Below, one piece after another: positions 33,677 through 42,075 of a DNA stretch of 64,000 bases. Under the pieces are notes generated by a model. The model saw nothing but the letters and a program-made list of their open reading frames with translations. It made no database searches and was not told the DNA's origin. Numbering within the stretch: position 1 is the stretch's first letter; each line of letters begins with the position of its first letter. The translations under genes were made by a program, and so were the position numbers. This stretch comes from Gemmatimonadota bacterium (GTDB lineage Bacteria > Gemmatimonadota > Gemmatimonadetes > Gemmatimonadales > GWC2-71-9). The DNA lies in contig QHUK01000010.1 of NCBI GenBank assembly GCA_003222085.1, positions 145,801 to 209,800 on the forward strand. The letters are read 5' to 3'.

Positions 33677-34504
33677 ATGCAGCTTCTCATCAGTGTTGCC
33701 GGGCCCGCCGAAGCGCGCGCCGCGCTGCGCGGCGGGGCGGACGTGATCGACGCGAAAGATCCACGGCGTGGCGCCTTGGGCCCCGTGCCCCCGCACCGGC
33801 TCGCGGCCGTCCGCGCGGCGGTCGCCGGCGCGCGTCCGATCAGTGCCGCCTTGGGAGACGCCGCGAGTGAAGACGCGCTCGCCCGGGCCGTAGCCCTGGC
33901 GGTGTCGGTCGGTGTCGCCTTCGTGAAGGTGGGCTTCGCCGGCGTCACGAGCGAGCCTCGGGCGCGCCGCCTGGCGCTGGCTGCCCAACCGCGGGCCGGG
34001 ACGGACGTAGGGGCTCGGCTGGTGCTCGTCGCCTACGCGGACTGGCGGCGCGCCGAGAGCCTCGCGCCGGCACGCGTCGTCGCCGTCGCTGCGGCCGTCG
34101 GCGCGGCCGGCGTGCTGCTCGATACCGTGAACAAGGGCGTCCCCTTGTTCGCGATCGAGCCTCTCGCATCCCTGGCCGCCTGGGTCGCGGCCGCGCACGC
34201 CGCGAGGTTGTTCGCGGCGCTCGCCGGTGGCCTGTCGGGATCGGACTTCGTGAGGGCGCGCGCGCTCGGCGCCGATCTCGTGGGAGTGCGGGGCGCCGCG
34301 TGCGTCGGGGGACGAACGGGCCGGGTATCGCGCGCCCGGGTCGCGGCGCTGCGAGCCCTAACCGGCGCGGCGGCCCCCCCGGCCCCCCCGCCCCCCGCGT
34401 GTGTGCCGGTCGAGAGGGGGCTCCTCTCGCAGCGCGACGTCGAGCTGTCCGAGATCGTCCGCCGTGACGATGAGATGCTCCACGCCGTGCGGGAGCGTGC
34501 GTAA
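33677..34504 (+). CDS. mfnB: DUF556 / MfnB-like (5-formylfuran-3-yl)methyl phosphate synthase (methanofuran biosynthesis)
   Basis: MQLLISVAGPAEARAALRGGADVIDAKDP...GALG. The TIM-barrel-like pattern is typical of DUF556. The C-terminal ~40 aa look like a non-conserved run-on. Confidence 0.7.
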   Translation: MQLLISVAGPAEARAALRGGADVIDAKDPRRGALGPVPPHRLAAVRAAVAGARPISAALGDAASEDALARAVALAVSVGVAFVKVGFAGVTSEPRARRLALAAQPRAGTDVGARLVLVAYADWRRAESLAPARVVAVAAAVGAAGVLLDTVNKGVPLFAIEPLASLAAWVAAAHAARLFAALAGGLSGSDFVRARALGADLVGVRGAACVGGRTGRVSRARVAALRALTGAAAPPAPPPPACVPVERGLLSQRDVELSEIVRRDDEMLHAVRERA

Positions 34505-34999
34505 GAAAGACGAGTCGACGAGCGTCCTCGCGTCTGCGGGCGCCGGCTTGATCAAGACCACGCGCCGCGCGTGCAGCTGGCCCGCGAGCCAGGCGGCGAT
34601 GCTGTCGCTCGTGACCTCCCAGGAATGCGGGAGCGGATCCGCGGCCCGGAGCCAGCGGAATGGCGCGAGCACCGGGAGCCGGTCGGCCTGGAGGGCCGCG
34701 GCGATCCCGCCCTCGCCGTCGACCAGCGCGGCGTGGGGGAGGCGGGCGGCGAGCGCGTGCGCGTACTGGTCCATCCCGAGCACCGCCATCCAGTGCGCCG
34801 CGTCTTCGCCGATCTTGACCCGCTTGAACATTTGCCGGACCGCCTCGGCGAACGGTCCGCCGCCCGGAAGCACTACGAGCCGGCGACCCGCTCGGAAGGC
34901 GGTCAGGGCTTCGATCACCAGCTCGAACGCACCGGCTCTGCCGAGCAGGCCCCCGCCGACCTTGACGACCGTGTGCACCACGGGGGTCTCGCCGGTCAT
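34358..34999 (-). CDS. amino-acid-kinase-fold protein (H4MPT/methanofuran island type, MfnE-like)
   Basis: In-frame ATG 34999 (ATGA overlap) within ORF 34358..35722. Motifs: VVKVGGGLL, VVLPGGGPFA. The tail is a Gly/Arg run-on. Confidence 0.65.
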   Translation of the reverse strand: MTGETPVVHTVVKVGGGLLGRAGAFELVIEALTAFRAGRRLVVLPGGGPFAEAVRQMFKRVKIGEDAAHWMAVLGMDQYAHALAARLPHAALVDGEGGIAAALQADRLPVLAPFRWLRAADPLPHSWEVTSDSIAAWLAGQLHARRVVLIKPAPADARTLVDSSFLRTLPHGVEHLIVTADDLGQLDVALREEPPLDRHTRGGRGGRGGRRAG

Positions 35000-36000
35000 G
35001 CCGGGAACAGCAGGGCCACGGCCGCGGCGGGGGCGTGCCGCGCCGCGGGCCCGAGGGTATCGGAGAGATGCGTGACGTGCAGCCCGACCCGTCGGGCGGC
35101 TGCCGCGGCGAGAAACTCGCCGAGTCCGGTGACGACCGCGCGCGTCAGCGCGGGATGCCGCGCGCGCACCGCCTCGAGGCGTTCGGCGATGCGTGCGACT
35201 TGTGCGTCCCACAGCGCCTCCGCGATCCGCCCGATGTCCGTCTCGTCGAGCATCTGTCGATCCGCGCAGACGACCCGTGCCAGCCGCTCGCCGGCGAACT
35301 CTCTCGTCGTGGGGCGTCCGTCCGGGGTCGGGACCGAGTAGTCGGCGGGCGCGAGCTCGCCGCGCCACAGGTGCACGTCGCCTGCGAGCGCGAAGCCCTC
35401 CGCCGATACCCCGGTCGGCCGGCCACGCACCGGCACGGTCGGCGCGATCGCCTCGACCGGTGTCCGCAGCGCGCCGGTGTACACGAGCTCGCCCTCCCGC
35501 AGCCGCTCCACATCGGTCCGGCCGCGCGCCATGGGCGCGCCACCCCGGATCGGAATGATGTCCGTGGTGGTGGTGCCGACGTCGACGAGCAGGCAGTCGG
35601 GGCACTGTCGTCCGACGACGTGCGCCGTGGCGGCCCAGTTCGCCGCCGCCACCGCCAGCGGCTCCCGGCGGGCTTGTGCCGGAGTGCGCCACCGGGCGTC
35701 CACGCTCCAAACCCGGACGCACGCGTCCGGAAAGGCGGCCCCGACGGCGTCGAGGACGAACCCCACGCCCTCGCGCTTGGTGCGGAACAGCTGCGACAGC
35801 TCGGCCGTCATGGTGACCGCGTGCGCGTCGGCGGGTGCAGCACCGAGGTCGCGGGCGAGGCGCGCGAGCAGCGGCCCGAGCGCCGTGGGATCGCGTTGCA
35901 GCTCGTAGGGGGCGGCGCGCGCGGCGAGCACACGGGCGTTCGCGACGCGCGCCACTTTCGTGTTCACGCCGCCGATGTCCCAGCCCAGGACGCCGTTCAT
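34996..36000 (-). CDS. hydantoinase/oxoprolinase-A-like ASKHA protein (H4MPT-linked C1-transfer pathway type)
   Basis: ORF 34996..36000. Motifs: LGWDIGGVNTK, LLVDVGTTTTDIIPI. Confidence 0.7.
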   Translation of the reverse strand: MNGVLGWDIGGVNTKVARVANARVLAARAAPYELQRDPTALGPLLARLARDLGAAPADAHAVTMTAELSQLFRTKREGVGFVLDAVGAAFPDACVRVWSVDARWRTPAQARREPLAVAAANWAATAHVVGRQCPDCLLVDVGTTTTDIIPIRGGAPMARGRTDVERLREGELVYTGALRTPVEAIAPTVPVRGRPTGVSAEGFALAGDVHLWRGELAPADYSVPTPDGRPTTREFAGERLARVVCADRQMLDETDIGRIAEALWDAQVARIAERLEAVRARHPALTRAVVTGLGEFLAAAAARRVGLHVTHLSDTLGPAARHAPAAAVALLFPA

Positions 36001-36005
36001 TGCGC

Positions 36006-36758
36006 GTGATCCCCGTGCTGGACTTGCGCGCCGGGCGGGCGGTGCTGGCGCGCCGCGGTCCGCGTGAGACGTATGTGGCGGTCCGCTCGCGGCTCGTCCC
36101 CGACGGCGCGCAAGGCGATCCCCTCGCCCTGGCGCGGGCCTACCGCGACGTCCTCGACTGCGATGAGTGGTACGTGGCCGACCTCGACGCCCTCGCCGGC
36201 GGCGCGGTGCAGCGCGCGCTGTTGGAGGGGCTGGCCGGTCTCCGCGGCCGACTGCTCGTGGACGCCGCGGTCACGACGCCGGAGCGGGCGCGCGAGCTCG
36301 TCGCGGCAGGGGCGGCGCGTGTGGTCGTGGGGCTCGAGACTCTGCAGTCGTTCGACGCGCTCACCGCCGTTGTCCGGGCGATCGGACCGAGCGGCGTCGC
36401 CTTCTCGCTGGACCTGCGGGACGGCGCGCCGCTCGCGGAGGCGCTGCTTTCCGGGGCGCCGCTCGAGCTCGCCCACGCGGCCGTCACCGCGGGCGCGGAG
36501 GCCATCATTGTGCTGGATCTCGCGCGCGTCGGCAGCAGGCGCGGCGTGGACCCCGTGTTGGTCGCGGCGCTGCGGCGCGCCCACCCCGACGTCGAGCTTC
36601 TCGCCGGCGGCGGGATCGCGACGGCGCACGAGCTCGAGCGCCTCGCCGACGCGGGGCTCGACGGAGCGCTCGTGGCGACGGCGTTGCACGACGGCACCAT
36701 TACCCGGCACGACGTCGCGGCCACGCGGCGCGCGGATCACCCGAGCGACTCACGGTAG
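36006..36758 (+). CDS. HisA/HisF-family (beta/alpha)8 barrel protein of the H4MPT island
   Basis: In-frame GTG 36006 gives the N-terminus VIPVLDLRAGRAV, typical of HisA/F. Also GGGIATAHELERL and GALVATALH. Confidence 0.68.
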   Translation: MIPVLDLRAGRAVLARRGPRETYVAVRSRLVPDGAQGDPLALARAYRDVLDCDEWYVADLDALAGGAVQRALLEGLAGLRGRLLVDAAVTTPERARELVAAGAARVVVGLETLQSFDALTAVVRAIGPSGVAFSLDLRDGAPLAEALLSGAPLELAHAAVTAGAEAIIVLDLARVGSRRGVDPVLVAALRRAHPDVELLAGGGIATAHELERLADAGLDGALVATALHDGTITRHDVAATRRADHPSDSR

Positions 36759-37240
36759 GTGGCGGACTGTCCGAAGTTCTCCTCGACTTCTACCTCCACG
36801 GCTTGCAGCGCGACCCCGCCGGAGGACGCGAGCTCCCGGCGCACGCGGCCGGCGAGGTATTGCGCCAGCATTTCAACGGTCGTGTTGGGCACGGGGAGGA
36901 GCGCGCAGTCCTCGCGCGGAAACACGTACCGCGGCTTCCCCGCGACGGCCACGCGCACGGTCTCGCCCTCCTCGCGGACCTGGATCTTCGTGCTCTCGAG
37001 TGGGAGCAGCACCTTGTGGTCGATCTCGTCGGTGAGCCGCTTCATCAGCGCCTTCAGCATCGAGAAGTCGAGCACGTAGTGCGCTTCGGGGTCGAGCCCG
37101 CCTTGCACGACGACGCGCGTGCGGTAGTTGTGTCCGTGCAGCCTCTCGCAGCGATGTCCGGGGAACGTGATGAAGTGGGCCGATGCGAAGACGAGATTGT
37201 CCTTCGTCACGGCGACCCTGAATTCCTTATGGGCGGCCAC
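36737..37240 (-). CDS. 6-pyruvoyl-tetrahydropterin synthase / QueD-family protein
   Basis: ORF 36737..37240 (GTG start, GGAGGG upstream). Motifs: SAHFITFPGHRCERLHGHNY, HYVLDFSMLK. Confidence 0.8.
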   Translation of the reverse strand: MAAHKEFRVAVTKDNLVFASAHFITFPGHRCERLHGHNYRTRVVVQGGLDPEAHYVLDFSMLKALMKRLTDEIDHKVLLPLESTKIQVREEGETVRVAVAGKPRYVFPREDCALLPVPNTTVEMLAQYLAGRVRRELASSGGVALQAVEVEVEENFGQSATYRESLG

Positions 37241-38099
37241 GCCACCCTCCTTCCAACAGCACCACGTAGATGGCGGCGCCGGTCAGGTCCGCGGTGGCGC
37301 CGGGGTTCAGCGTGTTGGCCTCGTCCCGGAGCTCTCGGTCGAGGGCGGCGATCGCGTCCCGACCCGCCGTCGTGCGCACGCCGCCGGCGTCCACCACGGC
37401 ACGGGCGCGCCGCTGCACCGTGACCGCCGCTTCCGCGCCGAGCTTGCGGGCGATGTGGGTATCGGGCGACGCCGCGAGGAGCGCCAGATAGACCTCGACG
37501 ACCGCCTCCCGCCAGGCGAGCCCGTCGGACAGTGCGCCGTGGAGCCCGGGCGCCCCGATCGCGAATGTCGTCTCGAAATCGCTCGCGTACTCGCGGGCGA
37601 TCGCATCACGGTCGCGCGCGAGCACCATGGCGTCGCGCAGGGTGGCCGTCGGCGGCGCAGCGACGTCTTGCTCGCTCACCCGACCCAGGCCCGCCGGAGC
37701 CACGGATCGGATCGCCACGTACGCGTCGCGCGCGTCCGCGACGGTGGTCTCGGCCAGCGTGGCGGCGAGCCGGGCGCGCAGCGGGTGCTGTCCCGGCCGG
37801 AGCTGGGCCCGCGCCAGCGGGGCGAGGAGCAGCACCAGGCCGAGATTCGTATTGGACGGCGCCCAGCGGGCGGTGGCTTCGGCGGCGGCGCGAATCGTGG
37901 CCCCAAGCGATCGCTGGCCCGCCCCCGCGAGGGCCGGGCCGATCGCCGCAGCGCTCGCGAGGAAATCCTCGTACGTCGTGTCGCGGAAAGAGGCGAAGGG
38001 GGAGACGTTGCCGGGCTTCGGGGCGCTCACCTCCAGCAGGCAGGCAAGCTGCCCGGCGGTCGCCACATCCACCGCCTGCCGCGTCGCGGGGGACGTCAC
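37227..38099 (-). CDS. triphosphoribosyl-dephospho-CoA synthase (CitG/MdcB)-like protein
   Basis: In-frame GTG 38099 (GTGA overlap) within ORF 37227..39086. Motifs: LLEVSAPKPGNVS, NTNLGLVLLLAPLA, NPGATADL. Confidence 0.75.
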   Translation of the reverse strand: MTSPATRQAVDVATAGQLACLLEVSAPKPGNVSPFASFRDTTYEDFLASAAAIGPALAGAGQRSLGATIRAAAEATARWAPSNTNLGLVLLLAPLARAQLRPGQHPLRARLAATLAETTVADARDAYVAIRSVAPAGLGRVSEQDVAAPPTATLRDAMVLARDRDAIAREYASDFETTFAIGAPGLHGALSDGLAWREAVVEVYLALLAASPDTHIARKLGAEAAVTVQRRARAVVDAGGVRTTAGRDAIAALDRELRDEANTLNPGATADLTGAAIYVVLLEGGWRGRP

Positions 38100-38977
38100 C
38101 GCGGCGCCACGCGTTCGAGCAGATGCTCGACGATCGCTCCGGCGACGTCGCTCGACGTCGCTTCCTGCAGGCCGCGCCATCCGGGGATCCCGTTTATCTC
38201 GACTACGTACACCGTGCCGTCGCGCGCGGGCAGGAGATCGACCCCGGCGTAGTCTGCGCCGACCGCCTTGGCGGCGGCAAGCGCCGCCTCGAGCCGCGCC
38301 GCCGGCAGCGTGACGGCTCGCGCCCGGCCGCCGCGCGCCAGGTTGGTCTTCCACCCGGGCGCGCTTCGCTCGATCGCGCCGATCACGCGCCCGCCCACGA
38401 CGAAGGCCCGCACGTCGCAGCCGTCGTGATCGATCGCCCGCTGAAGATAATACACGCTCCGGAGCGTCTCCAGCGTTCGGAACACGCGGAATGCCATCTC
38501 TTCGGTCGTAACGCGCACCATCCCGAGCCCCATCGATCCGAACAGCGGCTTCACGATCACATCCCCGAGCGTGCGAAACGCCGCCATGGCCTCGTCGGGA
38601 TCCTCGCACACGACGGTCTCGGGCACCGGGAGGCCGGCATGCGCGAGCAGCGCCGTGGTCCAGAGCTTGTCCACCGTGCGCTCGATCGTTCGCGGGGAGT
38701 TGATCACGGGGATCCCGCGCTCCTCGAGTGCATGCAGCGCGTCGACACGGGAAATGATCTGCTCGAGCGAGCCCGCGGGGATGATGCGCGCCAGCACTGC
38801 GCCGCATGGCGCGAGATCCTCCCCCGCGGCGGCGAAGCGCGGACCGGTCCCGCCGAACCGCGACACCAGCCCTTCGTACGGCAGTACCCGCCCCTCGTGC
38901 CCCCGTTCGGCCAGCGCGCGGCAGAGTTGGTCGGTGTGCCACCCGCCCTGCCGCGCGGCGAGAATCGCGACGCGCAC
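38096..38977 (-). CDS. mptN: RimK-type ATP-grasp ligase (tetrahydromethanopterin:alpha-L-glutamate ligase-like)
   Basis: ORF 38096..38977. Motifs: VINSPRTIERTVDKLWT, VIVKPLFGSMGLG, VVEINGIPGWRGLQ. Confidence 0.78.
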   Translation of the reverse strand: MRVAILAARQGGWHTDQLCRALAERGHEGRVLPYEGLVSRFGGTGPRFAAAGEDLAPCGAVLARIIPAGSLEQIISRVDALHALEERGIPVINSPRTIERTVDKLWTTALLAHAGLPVPETVVCEDPDEAMAAFRTLGDVIVKPLFGSMGLGMVRVTTEEMAFRVFRTLETLRSVYYLQRAIDHDGCDVRAFVVGGRVIGAIERSAPGWKTNLARGGRARAVTLPAARLEAALAAAKAVGADYAGVDLLPARDGTVYVVEINGIPGWRGLQEATSSDVAGAIVEHLLERVAPR

Positions 38978-38982
38978 CGCCG

Positions 38983-39414
38983 TTAGTTGGTCTTCTGGCC
39001 CAGCAGCACGGTGAAGCCGCCCGTGGCGAACACCGGCAAGTCCCCGGCGACGGCCTTGAAACCGGCCGTGGCCATTCCCTTGTCACGAGCCTCCTGGGAA
39101 TCCCACCGGAGATCGGCCTCGCGGTAGATCGGCGCCGGCTTGCCGTCGGCCGACGGCGAGAACCTGATCAGTTCTGCGCGCGTGACTCCGATCTCCTGCG
39201 CATGCGACGCGAACAGCGGCCGGTGCTTTTCGGCGTAGTACTTCTCGAACGCCGCCGTGTCCTTGGGCTGGTTGTACAGGACGACGACCGTCCACTGCAC
39301 GCCGGGGGCGGCGGCCGCGGCGGCCTGCGACTGTTGCTGGGGTGCCGGCGTGGAGCACGCGGCCCAGCCGGCGAGAGCGGCGAGGAGGGCGAGGCGCTGC
39401 AACGGACGCTGCAT
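38983..39414 (-). CDS. EthD-domain-like lipoprotein
   Basis: In-frame ATG 39414 with AAGGAG upstream. N-terminus MQRPLQRLALLAALAGWAAC contains a lipobox. The body resembles EthD / dimeric alpha-beta-barrel proteins (LYNQPKDTAAFEKYYAEKHRPL). The family call is tentative. Confidence 0.55.
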   Translation of the reverse strand: MQRPLQRLALLAALAGWAACSTPAPQQQSQAAAAAAPGVQWTVVVLYNQPKDTAAFEKYYAEKHRPLFASHAQEIGVTRAELIRFSPSADGKPAPIYREADLRWDSQEARDKGMATAGFKAVAGDLPVFATGGFTVLLGQKTN

Positions 39415-39455
39415 GGAGTGGCTCCTTGGTAGTGAGGGTGTGAGGGTGCGGCGCC

Positions 39456-40439
39456 TCAGCTCTCGAGCAGTGACGTGCGCAGCACCTCGGGGTTCACGTG
39501 CCCGGCGTGAAATGTCTTTCCGCTCCGCACGCTCGTCAGCCACACCTCGGCGGGGCTGAAGAGCAACGGATCGATCTTGTAGAAATCGCCGTTGTACCGC
39601 TTGAAGATCTCGGAGAACGGCGTGCCGTAGTCCTTCGACGCCGACGCGGGAATCCTGGGAACGAGCTCGGCGAGCTCTGCGTCATCCGCCTGGACCGCAT
39701 AGCGCGCTTGGCCACCGTACAAAATGCAATCGTTGGTGCGGCCGATCGCCCGGAGATCGTTTTTCGCGACCGGTGGGAGGGGCGCCGTGCCGAAACCGCT
39801 CACGACCTTGTTCACGTCGAAGCCGAGCGTATCCATCTTGTGTAAGCCGGTTTCGAGGATGCGCGCGGCAATCTGCACGCCGCCGGCCAGGCTCGCCGTC
39901 GGCGCGACGACGAACGTCAGCTGCGACGGCGCGAGCCCTGCCTTCTCGCCCACCCAGGCGGCCACCTCGTCCGTGGGCATGGCGCGGGTCTCGAGCACGA
40001 GGACGCCGCGCGGCGCCCGCTCCGCGTAGCCGAGCTTCGCGAACAGCTCTTTCTCGACGCGGGCGTGCGCGCGCAGCGGCCCCGACCCCATCGCGAAATA
40101 CTTGCCGACCTGGATCGCCCAGCCGGCGTATTGAGATGCCATGCAGCTCACTGCGGGGTGATCCGTCCACACGCGGACGCCCGGCCACGTCTCGCCGCCG
40201 ATCGGAACTGGCGGGTACGCGATGTCGGCGAGCCCCGCCGTGCAGATCTCGGCCAGCGCGCGGCCGGCGCCGAACCCGCCCCACGCCTCGACGCCCGCGT
40301 CGATGACGCGCGCGCCCCCGGGAAGGGTCTGCACCGCGACCCGCAATGCCTCTGCGTTGGCGGCCATCGCGTCCGCGATCTGCCACGCCCGCTCGTTCAA
40401 GCGCAAGGTCCCACCCGTCCCGCTCACTCCCCCGCCCAT
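39456..40439 (-). CDS. mch: methenyltetrahydromethanopterin cyclohydrolase
   Basis: ORF 39456..40439, with Mch-family similarity along its full length (SCMASQYAGW, YFAMGSGPLRA, NDCILYGG). The alternative start GTG 40427 would give a GTGA overlap with fhcC. Confidence 0.9.
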   Translation of the reverse strand: MGGGVSGTGGTLRLNERAWQIADAMAANAEALRVAVQTLPGGARVIDAGVEAWGGFGAGRALAEICTAGLADIAYPPVPIGGETWPGVRVWTDHPAVSCMASQYAGWAIQVGKYFAMGSGPLRAHARVEKELFAKLGYAERAPRGVLVLETRAMPTDEVAAWVGEKAGLAPSQLTFVVAPTASLAGGVQIAARILETGLHKMDTLGFDVNKVVSGFGTAPLPPVAKNDLRAIGRTNDCILYGGQARYAVQADDAELAELVPRIPASASKDYGTPFSEIFKRYNGDFYKIDPLLFSPAEVWLTSVRSGKTFHAGHVNPEVLRTSLLES

Positions 40440-41188
40440 TGCAGGATTTCCCCCTTGCCGAGCTCGGCCAGATCACCCGCATACCGGGCATATCGGCCGA
40501 CGACGTAACGATCCGCGATCGGGACCCCAGCGTGACCGCGCAGGTAGCGGAGCAGCAGCCCGACGTGCGGCGGCCGGTAGGTGCATGCGTAGCGGAACGT
40601 GGCGGGCCGGTCCATCGGTCCGAGCGCGACGATCGAGCCGCGTTTCAGGAAGCGCCCGGCGCCTGGTCCCGCCTGCCCGAGCACTACGACCGTTCCCGCG
40701 ATCATGCCGATGCCCGTCCCCCGTCCTCCGTCCCCCGTGACGGCGAGGATGCCTCGTCGCATCCGGGCGCCCGCCTCGTCGCCGACGTTTCCTCGCACGA
40801 TGATCTCGCCGCCCGTCATGCCGCGCGCCGCGCCGGCTCGCGCGCCGCCCGCGTTGTCGCCCGCGTGGCCGCGCACGTCGATCCGGCCCCCCGACATCGC
40901 GATCCCCACGTCGCGGCCCACGCTGCCGTCGATCGTCAGCTCGCCACCCGCCATCGAGGCACCGATCGCTTCCACCTGCGGCAGGTCCCCTTCGATTCGG
41001 ACGACGCTCGATCGCCCGCCCCGGACCTTGAAGAAGTCTCCGAGCGCTCCCGGCCGCCCGCCGTGCACCACCGGCAGCTGGGCGATCTGCTTCGCGTCGA
41101 GTCCCGCGAGTCGGTCTGCCGCGATGCAGTCCGCGACCAGTGCGTGAACCGGCGGCTCGGCGAGCGACAACGTGACGGCGTCGCTCAT
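40424..41188 (-). CDS. fhcC: formyltransferase/hydrolase complex subunit C (formylmethanofuran dehydrogenase subunit C homologue)
   Basis: In-frame ATG 41188 (ATGA overlap). Repetitive beta-helix G-rich units (GGELTIDGSVG, GGRIDVRGHAGD, GGEIIVRGNVGD). Confidence 0.85.
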   Translation of the reverse strand: MSDAVTLSLAEPPVHALVADCIAADRLAGLDAKQIAQLPVVHGGRPGALGDFFKVRGGRSSVVRIEGDLPQVEAIGASMAGGELTIDGSVGRDVGIAMSGGRIDVRGHAGDNAGGARAGAARGMTGGEIIVRGNVGDEAGARMRRGILAVTGDGGRGTGIGMIAGTVVVLGQAGPGAGRFLKRGSIVALGPMDRPATFRYACTYRPPHVGLLLRYLRGHAGVPIADRYVVGRYARYAGDLAELGKGEILQWAGE

Positions 41189-42075
41189 GCCAGGATCTTC
41201 CGAAGGTGGAAGTGGTGCGGCCCGAGCTTGCCGCCGAAGTTCGCCGCCGTGATCGTGTTCACCCCGCGGCGGCATGCCGCCGTGATGCCGGTGCGCATGG
41301 CCGCCTCGATTGACGGGGCATCCGTGCCGTCGAGCACGATCTCGAGCACGCTGTTCACGCCCTCGGGGAGCTGGGACTGGGTGCTCGCCCGGAGCGTGGG
41401 ATCGAACGGATCGTTGGTCGTCGCCACCATGTTCTTGTAGCGCGTCGAGCCTACCTTGCTGCCGCTTCGCACCACGCCGCCGGGGAACGGGAGGATCACG
41501 CCCGGGAGACTGGTCATCGCGTCCACCGCCGCCTCTGCGGCGGCGAGTGCGGCATCTGCGTCATCGGCGAGGATCAGGAAATTTCCGCCGCCCACGCCCT
41601 TCAGCATCCCGAACGTCTCCTCGATCAGGAACTCCCCTTCCATGACCGGCAAGCGCCAGTAGCGCTTCCCTCCGATCACCTTGCTCGCCTGGAACCCGTC
41701 ACCGAACACGCGCAGCGCCCTCCCGACCGCGAGCCGATCAGGCGCATCGGGAAGGCCGTCGAAGCAGGCCGTGGTGGGGCAGGTGAGCACCGTTTGTCCG
41801 AGCCGGACGATCAGCTGCTCTGGGAGGCTTTGCTTATCCATCGTGAAAAACAGCACGCTGATCCCCGGTCGCTCATCCGGCGTCTCGGCGGGCGTGAGCT
41901 CCCGCTCGATTCCCGCCTCGCACTTGCAGCCGATCACCGAGGTCGCGAACCCCGTGAGCTTGATCGCCGCCTCCCGAGCCCACTTCGCGGTCCGCCCCGT
42001 GATCACGATCCGCGCCACCCGCATCGTGAACGCTTCGGCGAACGTATCCGCGATCGCGACGCCGTTGATCTTCAT
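41185..42075 (-). CDS. fhcD: formylmethanofuran:tetrahydromethanopterin N-formyltransferase
   Basis: In-frame ATG 42075 (ATGA overlap). Ftr-family similarity (MKINGVAIADTFAEAF, GGGNFLILA, PFPGGVVRSGSKVGS). Confidence 0.88.
   Translation of the reverse strand: MKINGVAIADTFAEAFTMRVARIVITGRTAKWAREAAIKLTGFATSVIGCKCEAGIERELTPAETPDERPGISVLFFTMDKQSLPEQLIVRLGQTVLTCPTTACFDGLPDAPDRLAVGRALRVFGDGFQASKVIGGKRYWRLPVMEGEFLIEETFGMLKGVGGGNFLILADDADAALAAAEAAVDAMTSLPGVILPFPGGVVRSGSKVGSTRYKNMVATTNDPFDPTLRASTQSQLPEGVNSVLEIVLDGTDAPSIEAAMRTGITAACRRGVNTITAANFGGKLGPHHFHLRKILA

Noticed and set aside
34999-35722. Upstream extensions of several track ORFs, for example the 454-aa version of the kinase-fold gene, the 826-aa version of fhcB, the 561-aa version of pabA and the 633-aa version of xoxF.
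   Set aside because: The extensions are Arg/Gly/Pro-rich and overlap the preceding gene in another frame. Internal ATG/GTG codons that create 4-nt overlaps with the upstream stop give N-termini matching the known families.
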